A DNA stretch of 64,000 bases from Podarcis filfolensis (taxonomy: Eukaryota). Position numbers and translations under genes: made by a program. The stretch lies in NCBI GenBank assembly GCA_964270895.1, contig OZ185439.1; one strand, given 5' to 3'. The notes under the pieces were generated by a model. It worked only from the letters and a program-made list of their open reading frames with translations. It ran no database searches and was not told the DNA's origin. Positions 52,683 to 64,000 of the stretch are shown in pieces; the first letter of the stretch is position 1; each line of letters begins with the position of its first letter.

Positions 52683-52735
<53 letters not shown>
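52683..52735 (+). repeat. (AG)n microsatellite, about 26 units
   Basis: direct read. Confidence 0.97.
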
Positions 52736-52738
<3 letters not shown>

Positions 52739-54084
52739 CAGTAACCAATGTTCAAAATGAAAATCAGACTCCTGCCTTCATTATCTATTGTAGAATTTTA
52801 TTGACAGATTAAGATGCTTAGTAGGTCAAGTCCTACACTAAGCAGCAGATGACTTGGCTTGACTGTGTTAAGCTGCGACTGATCCTTCTTCAAGAAGATC
52901 AATACTTTAAAATCAGCTGGCTGACTTTCATAGAACAAATTTGTACTCGTTTAAGTCTAACCTGCTTCTTGGCAACATCAGGCTCTCAAGAAAGCTTTCA
53001 TTATAATTACTACCAAATACAGTTTTTATAAAAGTATTCGTTGGTAATCTTTGATTTAGCAATTGAAATGACCATTCCCAATTTCTCTTTGAAAAAGAAA
53101 AAAGATGCTACTTCTTTAGGCTTATCAAAGGCTAAGTGTACACAATTCATCCAGGGTTTTTTGGGGGGGAGGGAGAAGCAGAAGGTGCAAAGGAACAAGT
53201 ACTAGAAAGCATTATCATTTTTTTCCTCTAAATAGTTCCCATATCCTTAATGTAATCTGCCAGCATTTAGAAGTCCTGCACTAAAGAATGACAAATTTGG
53301 CAAACACTGACAATAAACTTGTATTGCCTCCAAAGAGCAAATATGCATTACAGAAACCAAATAGTAGCAAACTATTTCCATAGCTGGACTCAAAAAATGC
53401 CTATTACAGGAGGTAAATAATTTTCTCTCCATCAGTTGCCTTGATAGAAAATGAACTGTGGTAGATCTAATTAAAACAAACACTATTGTCATTTGCAGAA
53501 ATTTTTATAAATGCTGCTCAAAGTGAAAAATTTGAGTTAAATATTTGCTGAACTGGAAAGGATCAAAAGGGTAAGTTTAAGGGAACAGTTTTTCATAGAG
53601 CTGTGCAAAAACAGCCTCTCTAAAATCTATATCGTATTTATCAGCGGCGAAGCTAGGATGACAGTTTTACCAAATATTTTCCAGGGAACTACTGGAAGAA
53701 AAAAGGTTTTATTTTATTTTATTTATTTATTGTATACCACCCTACATCCACAGAGTTCAGCGCAGTTCACAAATTAAAAATACAAGATAAAAACACAAAA
53801 TACACAATAAAAGCAAGAAGGGGAAAAAACCTAATAAGAATAATGCTAGGTCAGGTCAACGGCCCATTCAGTCCAGCATCCTGTTCTCACAGTGACTAAC
53901 CAAATGCCTGTGGGAAACACGCAAGCAGTCAATATGTACACATTCTCCAAGGCCTGTTGAAGATTATGCATATTGACCAGGAAATGTGCACTATTCCCTC
54001 TTCATGGAAGCATTATATGCACATTCTCCATGAAGCCAAGTGAATGTGCGCAATGACTAGCTGTCATGCACATTAACTGTTTGA

Positions 54085-54421
54085 CAGGGCTAGGAAAATT
54101 TGCTTTCGGAATATATCATAATATATCGCCAGCTAAAACTTGTGATATCCCGATATATTACAATGTTGGAAAGGAGGCAAGGAGGTAGGAGGCAGCTGCC
54201 GGCCATGCAGATGATCAGCGTCACTGTGCACAGCTCCTGCTGCTTCCTGGCAACAAGGCCAGGCAGGTAGTGTCGTTCTGAGTGGAGCACTTCAGCCGGG
54301 GCACCGTGTGACACTGCAAACACAAACACGGGGATTTCTGCTCCAAAATTCTGGAATCGTTCTTGCAATTTTAACTTTAAACAGGTTTCCAGGCAATGTA
54401 TCAATACATCGCCCAGGCCTA
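54085..54421. mobile_element. Degenerate MITE with TAGGGCTGGGCGAT-type ends
   Basis: cagggctagg...atatatcgcc ... atacatcgcccaggccta; imperfect inverted ends. Confidence 0.5.
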
Positions 54422-54513
54422 CTGCTCAACTTACATTCCACTTAACACCCCTCTACACACACACAATTTCTAGTTAATAGTAAACATATAACAATAATGC
54501 GGCCAACACTATA

Positions 54514-54749
54514 CAGTGGTACCTCTGGATACGAATGGGATCCATTCCGGATCCCCGTTCGCATCCTGAAGCAAACACAACCTGCGCGTCGCGATTTGCC
54601 ACTTCCGCGCATGCGCGTGACGTCATTTTGACTGTCTGCACATGCGCAAGCGTCGAAACCCGGAAGTAACGCATTCCGTTACTTCCGGGTCGCCGTGGAG
54701 CGCAACCCGAAAGTGCTCAACCTGAAGCATATTTAACCCAAGGTATGAC
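54514..54749. mobile_element. Tc1/mariner (Tigger-like) MITE, CpG-rich
   Basis: TA|CAGTGGTACCTC left end; degenerate right end aacccaaggtatgac. Confidence 0.75.
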
Positions 54750-54870
54750 ATTAATGATTAAAAAATCAAAAGGAATAAGGATAAAGACAACACCTGTCTT
54801 TCTGTACTGGTCGTTTGAAAGTGTTAAGATACCTGAAGGCTGCAATACTATACAAGTATCCCCTGGACTA

Positions 54871-55346
54871 CCGTATTTTTCGCCCTATAGGACGCACCGC
54901 CCCATAAGGCGCACCTAGTTTTTTGGGGGGGAAATAAAGGGGGGGGATTATTTTTCCCCAGGTGCGGGGCTGGGGCGGGGGAAGCCCGAGCTTCCCCCGA
55001 CCCCAGCCCCCAGAACAGGCAACTCTCCACAAGCTGTGGGAGCCCGGCACCGGGCTCCCACGGCTTGTGGAGAGCTGTGCGAAGCTCAAAGCCTGGGCAC
55101 GCTGAGCTCAGCGTGCCCAGGCTTCAGCATGCAGGCAACTCTCCGTAAACAGTGGGAGCCCGGCGCTGGCTCCCATGGCTTGCAGAGAGCTGCGCGAAGC
55201 CTGGAGAGCGAGAGGGGTCGGTGCACACCAACCCCTCTTGCTCTCCAGACTTCAGCAAAAGCCTGCATTCGCCCCATAGGATGCACACACATTTCCCCTT
55301 CATTTTTGGAGGGGAAAAAGTGCGTCCTATAGGGCGAAAAATACAG
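54871..55346. mobile_element. Tc1/mariner-type MITE with long TIRs
   Basis: ta|ccgtatttttcgccctataggacgcac ... gtgcgtcctatagggcgaaaaatacag (about 27-bp TIR, 1 mismatch). Confidence 0.85.
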
Positions 55347-56298
55347 CAAGTCCCACAGAAGTCCAACGCACAGCTGTCAAGTAAATATGCATAGCATAGG
55401 GTTGAAGGTGGGCACAAACACCTTCAGAGTGTGCAGAGATTGTGAGAAGATTATAATTCTCTATGAGCAAACAGAGTTATCATGCATAGCTGCTAGAGAA
55501 TTAATCACCAGTCCTACTGGTGGATTTTTACAGATCCCGTCAAGACTAATGATGTCAAAGCTCTGCTCAGCTACTCAGTCCACTGAGGACTAGGTCACCA
55601 TGCCCCTACCAAAAATAATTTAAGAGTCTGAAAATAGGCTGCATTCAGACCTCTTAACAGATGTTTCTGAAAAAGTAACTTCTGGATTTCTATCTCTTGC
55701 TTTTATGCTGAAATGGCATTTGTGAAGAAAAATCCAGAAACTGCTCCAATGTCTGAGCTTGCAGTTTGGCAAAACTCATTATTTACTGACATCACCTGAA
55801 CCGGGGTTCATCTTAAGAGTCCGTTATGTGTTCCTTTCACTAACAGACTCAAATCAGCTATTCTAACAGTATGAAGACTTTGTTTCTGCTCCTAATCTTT
55901 CTTAGAAACTTATCAGCCTGCCCCAAACACAAATAACTTGTGCAATTGCCAAGACCGCCTAATTAAAAATGGCCACAATTTCCCTCCACAATGTATGCTC
56001 GGTTCTGCTGCAATATACTATGCTAATTCATTCACTGACATTTAAGGAACATTAATTTTTCTACATAATCTGAATGGACAAATTTTAAATGTGTATCTCC
56101 AGTTTCCTGTAGAATATGTACAATGCTATCAATGTGCATGTGCTTACGGTCGTAGGAAGGTGTCTGAAAGATGAGACGGGCGGGCATTGTGCGCATGTGT
56201 GGGAGAGCCATCTTGGGCAGCCTTTCATTGTGAGAGCACCCTTATTTCTAGAGGAGCTGGGACGGCCCTTGCAAGCGCGCATATACGAGTTTCACTCG

Positions 56299-56405
56299 GG
56301 GTCAGCGGCACCTTTGACATGACTGATCTCGCGCCGCCTGTCTGTCTGCCTGCTGCTGCCAGGCAGGCAGCGCGAGATCAGTTGTGTCAAAGGTGTCGCT
56401 GACCC
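56299..56405 (+). repeat. 46-bp inverted repeat with 15-nt loop
   Basis: arm 56299-56344 versus reverse complement of 56360-56405: 41 of 46 identical. Confidence 0.9.
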
Positions 56406-56434
56406 TGCTGCCGCATAGCAGCTCAATACAATAC

Positions 56435-56808
56435 ACTTAGGTCCTGAAAACCTGAAGGAACGTCTCCACCCCCATCGTTCAGCCCGGACACTGAGATCCA
56501 GCACCAAGGGCCTTCTGGCGGTTCCCTCATTGCGAGAAGTGAGGTTACAGGGAACCAGACAGAGGGCCTTCTCGGTAGTGGTGCCCACCCTGTGGAACGC
56601 CCTTCCTTCAGATGTGAAGGAAATAAGCAGCTATCTTCTTTTTAAAAGACATCTGAAGGCAGCCCTGTTTAGGGAAGTTTTTAATATTTAATGCTGTATT
56701 GTTTTTAACACTTGATTGGAAGCTGCCCAGAGTTGCTGGGGAAACTCAGCCAGATGGGCGGGGTATAAATAATAAATTATTATTATTATTGTTATTATTA
56801 TTATTATA
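56435..56808 (+). mobile_element. L2 LINE 3' fragment with (ATT)n tail
   Basis: acctgaaggaacgtctccacccccatcg...ccctgtggaacgccct...gccagatgggcgggg tataaataataa(att)n. Confidence 0.85.
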
Positions 56809-59800
56809 TAGGCGGCTTCTGTGGTGGGAGCCTGGCACCCCCCAGAATTCAGCGCCCGGGTGCCCCACACCCCTTGCACCCCCGGGTAAAGACGGCCCTG
56901 CTCAAAACACATTGGAAATTTAAAAGCAGGCAAAAGACTACTGGTATGCATTGAAAACTATCAGCAGTCCATTTATTTCCATGTTTATTTCTCAAGGTTA
57001 ACAACTGCAATATTTATATCAAACTCCTTGTACAGTAAACTTGTTGTGATAGAATGGCTGAATCATCAAATAAAATAAAACTGATACATTTTCTGGATGT
57101 AATGGTTTCCGGCTTCAACCAGGCAAGCTGCAAACTTATCAACTGGTATATCATTTTTGAACCCATACCAAGTAATATGGTAGTCTTGGTAATCAAGAGT
57201 ATTCATCAGGGGGAAATGGCAATGCTAAATGGCTGTTAAAACTGAATGGGTCCAAGTGAGCAATGAACTCTTAAAATATTTTAAACCCAAGAGTTTATAA
57301 ACAAATTTGCCAGAGAGATTGCAAACATTTCTGGAAAAAACCAAAAACATCACCCAACACTCTTTGCAACAGAGTGGTTCACTGACTAATCCCTAGGCTA
57401 TTTTTCCATGAAGGATACAACTACACAGGGAAATGAGTTTTGGAAAAACTAACAGCAGCAATAACTCTTCCCTATCCATGATTATTTCCATCATACATTG
57501 CACTCATTTTATCTGGTTTAGTAGCTAACAGGGAAAAGCACAAATACCTCATCCCAATGTTTGCTCGACAGCTCAAGTGGCAGTCTATGTTTTGCCACAA
57601 GTTCTGCCTGTACTACTGGAATTACTGAGGCCTTTCCACAGCTCAAATGATTCCTGTCATCCTCCCCCTTGCTGATTATTCTCATTTCTTCAGTGTTTTG
57701 TTTTGCTTTTTTTAAAAAAAAAATGAGGCATTTTTGGATGGGCATAGAGTGTACTCCGCAATTTTCTCGCTTTATCATATGACTTAAAGAATGCCACTAG
57801 CCATTATTGTGAAATGGCTGGGAATCTCAGGTGTTGTAATGGGAAATTAGAAACAATAACTTTATTCTGTGGCTGAGTGAAACAAATTATTTGACTAAAA
57901 CCTGATTATAAGTTCAAAAATCAGTAATATTGCATTCTGCTGGTGGTAATGGGGAAAATCCATAGCAATTCACTCTTGAATAGAGTCTGGGTGCATCTAG
58001 CCAAATTCTCAGAGGTGTTGTTTTTTTCTTGTTGAGTAGTTTGAGTGGACACAGGTTAGCCTACCTGCTGCTATCGTGTTATACATACTGGCACCACTGC
58101 ATTTACAGTTACAACTTCCAAAGAACTTCAAACCCAAATTCTGTTGAGATCTCATGGTTTAACCTGAATTCAGTTTCTCCATATCATTAGACAGAGTCAC
58201 AGTTAAGTGATAATAATTTTAATTGTGCATGGGTATTTTAACAACTGCAACTGTCTGCTTACTGAAAATTTGAAAACCTAAATATTCTGATAAAGATTCC
58301 AATTTTGATTTTTTTAAAGAAATATGCTTTAGGTTACTGTTACTTGCCGTTGTGATGTGTGTTTGTAATGCGCACAGTTCTTAAGAGTTAAACATTTGTG
58401 ATTAACCCCTAAAAGTGCTTTTAAGAATAGAAACATAAAATTGTAGCTGTTCCAGTGCTGAACAACTCTTATTTAAAATTCATTTTTTTTAAAAAAGTAA
58501 CAAGGCAAGAATATCAAGTGAAGCAGTTGAATTTGTCTGGAAAACTACTTCATTTGTTGATGCAAGCTAGCCGGGCAACAATTTTTATGAAGTGAGCAGA
58601 TATACAAGATACTGAAACCACCAAAGGGAACAAAATATTAAGAGGGGAAGATTTAGTCATTGGTTGCCATAGTTGCTCAGTTCTGACCAAAAAAAGTCTT
58701 CTGTTGGCTTGCCAGAAAAAGTTTAGTCAATGCTATTTCCTCATCTTATAAACTGCAGACTAACTGCCTTAAAAAAAGAAAAAAAGAAATGTACCGAAAA
58801 GAGGCGATGCAGCATTACTGCGGCCAGCTACTAACCTACTCTAATGATTTACTGCCCAGAGTGATTTTCCTTTAAGTGTTGCAGAATGATTCAACAGCAA
58901 CTATAACCCAACAATGAAGACACGTGGCCATGAAGAGAACATGCTCACTTTGTTCTGAAGGCATTGCTCTTAAGGGAAATGCATATGTAAAAGTCTTGGT
59001 ATTTACAGAGTGCTTTGTGGGTATTCAAAGCACTTCACATACATTATGTATAATTCAACAATATGCCAACATGGGCGCCTTCATGGAGCAAACAAATTAT
59101 CAAGACCTGAAGATTGAGATAGCAATTCACAAAACTGCACAAGTACACATGATGACAGAGACAAAGCAGGTGCATAAAAAAAGAGCAGTACTTACCACTG
59201 TGGTGCAATTTCTTGAAAATGACAGTCTCAAGGCAATCTTAGACATGAACATTTTCAATAAGTCTTAGAAATCACTGCCATATTTTTGACCGCATTTTGG
59301 AAACAATGACACAGCATCCAAAAGAAAAAGAAAAACCTTTTTTTTCCTGCCTGAAGAATTAGCAATGAAGTGAAACCATCATTGTTAAGTTTCTTAGAGC
59401 CTAAGAATAATGAACTGCAAAGATTCCTAAACAAGTGAATATATTCAAGGGCCAGTCAAGGGTGGTCACAGCAGTTTTCTACATTTTGGGGCACACGGTG
59501 TCCTGGTTTGAAAACTCAGCTGAGAAGTTTCAAGTACACCCAGTCTGGGATCGCTAATATGTGCTCCACCAGACTACTCTAAAAATGCTGAGTACTGCAT
59601 GTAACTTATTACCCCCCATTACAGGACTATACCGCAGCCTGAGACATACTGAAGTACTCCTGCCAACTTGTGATTTAAAAAAATATGTCATCTGTTACTA
59701 GACTGGTGGAAAGTGGACAGGGGTGGGGGAAGAAGGCAAAAGTATGGAGCTGCTGTCTATGGGGGTGAGGGGGATATTTAACCCCTGTACAGTACTTCAA

Positions 59801-61855
59801 TATTTACCTGGTTTTAGTTCTATGCTGAAATATGTCCTCCCAATTTCTCAAAGGTTTTCTTCCTCTGAGAAAAGACTTCTATTTTTTTTCTGCTTCATTC
59901 CCAGGGCACTTGAGAATTCCTTTAGAAGTTTGCTATGTGCAGGGTTTTGAGTTTTCTCATCGTTGCAAGGTGGCCAAGGACACTGTATGGGCTTTTTATT
60001 TGTGGGTGTCTTCCCTTTCATCCTACAGATCATTAGGTTGTCAAGAAGGGATTGTTTTCCCCTGGCTGAAAAAGGTTCCCCCACTTCTGGAGCACACAGT
60101 GCTAAGCTAGATGGATCAATGCTCTGACATGCTATAAATCAGATGCCAAAAATACTGAACGAGTAAGCAATATATTATATACATATGCAATAACTGGCAG
60201 CCCTGCACACCAGAGAAGATGCAACCCACCAGCTACTGGACAATTCCCCCTAGTTTTCAAACCATGGTAGGCAGGGGGAAAAAACCTCAGGTGGTTTACT
60301 GAGCTCCTGGTAGTCCAACACATATGACAGTGATACACCACAAGTTGTGCATGCAAAACAGAATGCTGAGACTTCAGACCAGTCAGATTTTTTTTTGGGG
60401 GGGGGGGGGAGAATGGCACACACAAAAGTGTAAAGTCCAGAAATGTTTAAGCTTATGACATATTTTCATCAGGCAGGGGAGTGTGTCATTGATAGTCTCC
60501 TTTAAATAACGACAGCAATAGAGTTAAATTTGGAATTGTAGAAGTTGATCCAAAAATGAATAATGATTTAAGGTTTTTGTTTGTTTTGTTTCATTTTTTA
60601 ACCCTCAAATGGACTACTTAGCTGGCAGCTGGCAAATCTGCACCATTCCAACTGCTTTACACCATATAAATGATCTGGTTCTCACCACTGTTCATTTTCT
60701 TGAGCAATAATATAATGCTTCTTCTCTACACACACATGGGCATAACATGAAATACATCATGTTTCACATCCAATTCACATGATTCACATCCAATGCCCTT
60801 TTAAAATGTGGGTTGTATTTTTTTTGGACGGGGTGTTATTGGGTTGCTTTTGTTTTTATTTTGATGTTTTTTATATTGTATCTTTTATATTGTGATTTTA
60901 TCCTGTGAACTGCCCTGTGACCTGAAGGTATATAGGATGGTATACAAATTTAATAAATAAGTAATTAAATAAATCACAAACACTAGGCCAGTAACTATTT
61001 CCTGCTTTGATTGAGTATCTGGATTTCTGTTGTAGTTATCATTAATCCTTAAATTCGCAACGGAGTAAATATTATAAGAGAAGGACTGCAATGGGTGGGA
61101 TTCACCTAACAAGCCCTGTTAGTAGTGGAAGACCTGTTTAAAGTCTTCCACGTGCACAACAGGGATTCCCCACCCCGCACCTCCCAAAATTGGCTCTGGA
61201 GGGGTAAGAATCCTGAGAACAGCACATGGGGGCAGGAGAACGGGGAACATTCTGTGTGGCAAGCCGAAAAGCTTGCACAGACAGAATGTTAATCAAAGCA
61301 TGATGCTGAATTTCACCCAATATCATTGCAGTTACCAGTAAAGAAAAGTGCATCGTTCCTGTGATATCTATAAACCAAGGCTGGTTCAGTCTCAAGGGAT
61401 GAATAGGGATTAAGGAGATAGGAGTGAGATGCAGAAAAGTGCATGCCCTTACCTTGTACACACTTAGGCCCTCTATCTGGCTTGGTAATGATGCAAAGGC
61501 TACAAAGGTTAAAGTAAACTGGGTATGCTTATAAACTCACTTGGAGAACCAGTGTTGGAAGCTTCCGCAGGTAGAAAGGATACAGGGAAATTCACACACA
61601 AGTCAAGGGCAGTGCTTGCAATTTCATGATGCCATCCCCCAAACCTGTTATTTAATGACCTACTGCAACCTTCTACACCCTCCAGATGTTTCAGACTACA
61701 ACTCCTGCCATCCCTGGTCATATGCAGAAAGGAATTGTAGTCCAAAGCACCTACAGACTACCTGGTTGGGGAAAGCCGGTCTTCAGTCTCGGAAATTCTG
61801 CCATTTGGTATAGACCACCATATTATGAACTAGAATTTAAAAATGCATAAAGTAC

Positions 61856-62513
61856 CTTCTATAAAATCGTTTTCATTGTAAAGCTGTCTCTCCCCTATTC
61901 CGTCATCTTCATCTTGACCATCTTCTTCATCTGGATTATTGATTACCTCGAGGCCAGCCTCAATTACTTCCACCAATTCATCTCGCTTATCTTTCCTGAC
62001 AGGTTTCTCCTCTGGGTGTCGCGTTAGCCCCATTTCCAGCTGGAACACCTTCATGGAAGTAAAGCTTTCAAAAGGAACGACTCCATATTCACTAGGCAGC
62101 TTGGCCCCCATGCTCACTTCAGCTTTGTCTATTTGAGAATGCAGGTATTCCAGGAGATCGTTGGGTGCTTGTTCTTTGGTGCCTTGATAGCCCATGCTGT
62201 TGACTCTTGGGGTTTTCTTCTCCTGTAACAATTTTAACTTGTCACTCATTTCCTGAAGCTCCTGCTTTAACTGAGCAATTTGGCGCTTGAGGCTCATAGC
62301 TCTGGTTTGGTAATGTTCTTCTTGCTCCTGCAGGAGGGCTTGGTAGTGCTCCTTACCAAAACTCTCCCCTACAATGCCAGGAAGTGATCCATTGCCATCC
62401 GTTTGTGGAGCACATTCAAGGAGGTACATAAACAGCAACAAACTCAACAGCAAGGCAAGACCGACCAACAGCCACCGAGTTCTGGCTTGAAATATTATGC
62501 CTCTTCTAGGCAT
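61856..62513 (-). CDS. CSGALNACT2: Chondroitin sulfate N-acetylgalactosaminyltransferase 2, first coding exon (ATG at 62513)
   Basis: MPRRGIIFQARTRWLLVGLALLLSLLLFMYLLECAPQ (type II membrane anchor), coiled-coil stem, ...YNENDFIEG|gtact; 658 nt, ends in phase 1. The ORF-track start at 62540 is a TTG, not the ATG. Confidence 0.95.
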
Positions 62514-62623
62514 TCTTACGGCACTTAAGTTGTATTCCAACTAAAACAGCTGATGTTTTTGGTCATGTCTTGCTAGTATTTTCTGAAAGGAGCAATTGTT
62601 TGTAAGCTGAACCAAAACTATTT

Positions 62624-62746
62624 CTACTGATACATCCATTTGTGTGAGGCAAATAAGGGGGGAAACTTGCAACTGTTGTCTTGCTCAAGCAATACTGCAG
62701 AGATCGCAAATCCCAGTATTGCTACAACTTCCATTATTGCAAGCAT
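62624..62746 (-). other. Upstream ORF1 in the CSGALNACT2 leader (40 aa; in-frame second ATG at 62734 gives 36 aa)
   Basis: MLAIMEVVAILGFAISAVLLEQDNSCKFPPLFASHKWMYQ*; second ATG has A at -3 and G at +4. Depends on the exon acceptor being at or upstream of 62753. Confidence 0.4.
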
Positions 62747-64000
62747 TTACAGTCTAAACAGTCAGATACAGCCCCCATTACTTTCAGGGCAATTTGTCTA
62801 AACATACGTTTTTGGAGGTGTAGTGAATTTGCTATGCTTCTGTATTCTAAAGACAACAAGTTGAAAATGTATCAAATTCTGATAAGTATAAAGCAAAAGA
62901 ATCTTGCAATTTATAGCCGTGGGGGCATTTTAAAAATATTTTTCTCACTATCTGCGCACCCCCGTCAGAGCCATAAATATCTGAGCAATAGTAATTTTCA
63001 TGGGCAGTCTGCAGGATATTTTCCTCTGGTGCTTATGCTTCTCTCTCCTCCGTCTTGGAAATCTGTAATCTGAGTCAGCAAAATTAAGGGAGGGCCTAGA
63101 ATTAAATGAAAAGTACACTCAGTTAGAATTGCAAAACAGGCAAACATCTGGAAAACACATGAAGGCAAGTTTTAATATCCTAAAAATGTAGACATGATGA
63201 ATCACAAAATTTATTTTTCTGCGATGGCCCATGACAGGGGCGGGTTGTAAACCTTCAATTCTTTCTACTGGGTTACACACCAGTGATTTCCTTCTTGTGG
63301 AAATGTCTGAAACAAACTCATCCAACAGACTAGTAAAAAACAGCTTTTTTTCCAGCTACATAAGTGGTTGTCAGAATTCTTTCCCCTGCTATTTTTGTCA
63401 TTTCTGGAATGCATCATAACCAGTTTTTTATTTAAATGGCAATGTATTAAGAAGTTAGTGAATTTAACTCCTACTTCCAATTATATTTTCTGTCACCACG
63501 CAGGAACATCTACCTTCTTCTGAAAAGGGTACACAGGAAACCTGTAGTTTTTTCAGGTAAAAAAAGGGATGGTCAGATATGAGGTTTAGAATTCCAAAAA
63601 TATTAGAATGTGCATTTGTATTTTGAGAGGGGCTTTATGGTTCTAAAACAACAAACTATGGGGATTGCCTTCCAACTTGCATGACTTACATAACTGCAGG
63701 TAGGTAAAGACCAATCCTCCCACAATCCTAAAACAGTCTCAGCAGAACCTCTGAACAAAACTACCCCTATGCAAAGTGCTAAAAGCACTGTAGAGATGTA
63801 CTAACAATAGCTCCTCCACAATTGACAAAAACACCTATCTCTGAAGACCTGTCAGGGTATTAAGGCCTTTCCACTAGGAAGAGTGTTTTGGGCGTAGGGA
63901 AGAGTCAGATAAAATTATAAATTAATATCTACATGCATACTGAAGTAACTAACACCAGGTGTATCTTCAAGTCACTGACTAGAGTCCAGATGTGGTGAAT

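Noticed and set aside
62514-62540. N-terminal extension MEYNLSAVR from the ORF track
   Set aside because: The ORF-track start is a TTG codon; the recognised protein starts at MPRRG (ATG at 62513).
1-64000. CRISPR arrays, prokaryotic operons, NUMTs, endogenous viral ORFs, snRNA/snoRNA genes
   Set aside because: I saw no repeat-spacer arrays, long intronless ORFs, mitochondrial-like sequence or convincing box C/D or H/ACA structures by eye. An Rfam/Infernal scan would be needed to exclude small RNAs.

Overview
This is vertebrate genomic DNA, most likely a lacertid lizard, inferred from Sauria SINEs, tRNA-headed SINEs with CR1 tails, and squamate-type L2 and MITE families. It holds two convergent (tail-to-tail) genes, the same arrangement as human 10q11 next to RET. 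RASGEF1A lies on the + strand: 11 coding exons from 8468 to 31125, 417 codons plus stop, with the start-codon exon upstream of the window. One of its introns is GC-AG. CSGALNACT2 lies on the - strand with its complete CDS: 7 coding exons from 62513 to 43124, 541 aa. All exon boundaries were read by hand and phases close without frameshift. The rest is intronic or intergenic DNA rich in SINEs, L2/CR1/L1 3' fragments, hAT and Tc1/mariner MITEs, one probable solo LTR and microsatellites. Nearly all other ORFs in the supplied track look non-coding. No new multi-gene system is demonstrable. The best leads are regulatory: a mariner-type MITE carrying an ETS/NRF1/CRE promoter motif set, overlapping GC/GT splice donors that could act as an NMD switch, a uORF-dense CSGALNACT2 leader with a hydrophobic micropeptide, a 46-bp G.U-biased hairpin, a YCAY-forming microsatellite beside a donor, and two SINEs sharing a CR1 tail under different tRNA heads. 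Family and gene names come from recalled sequence knowledge, not from database searches.
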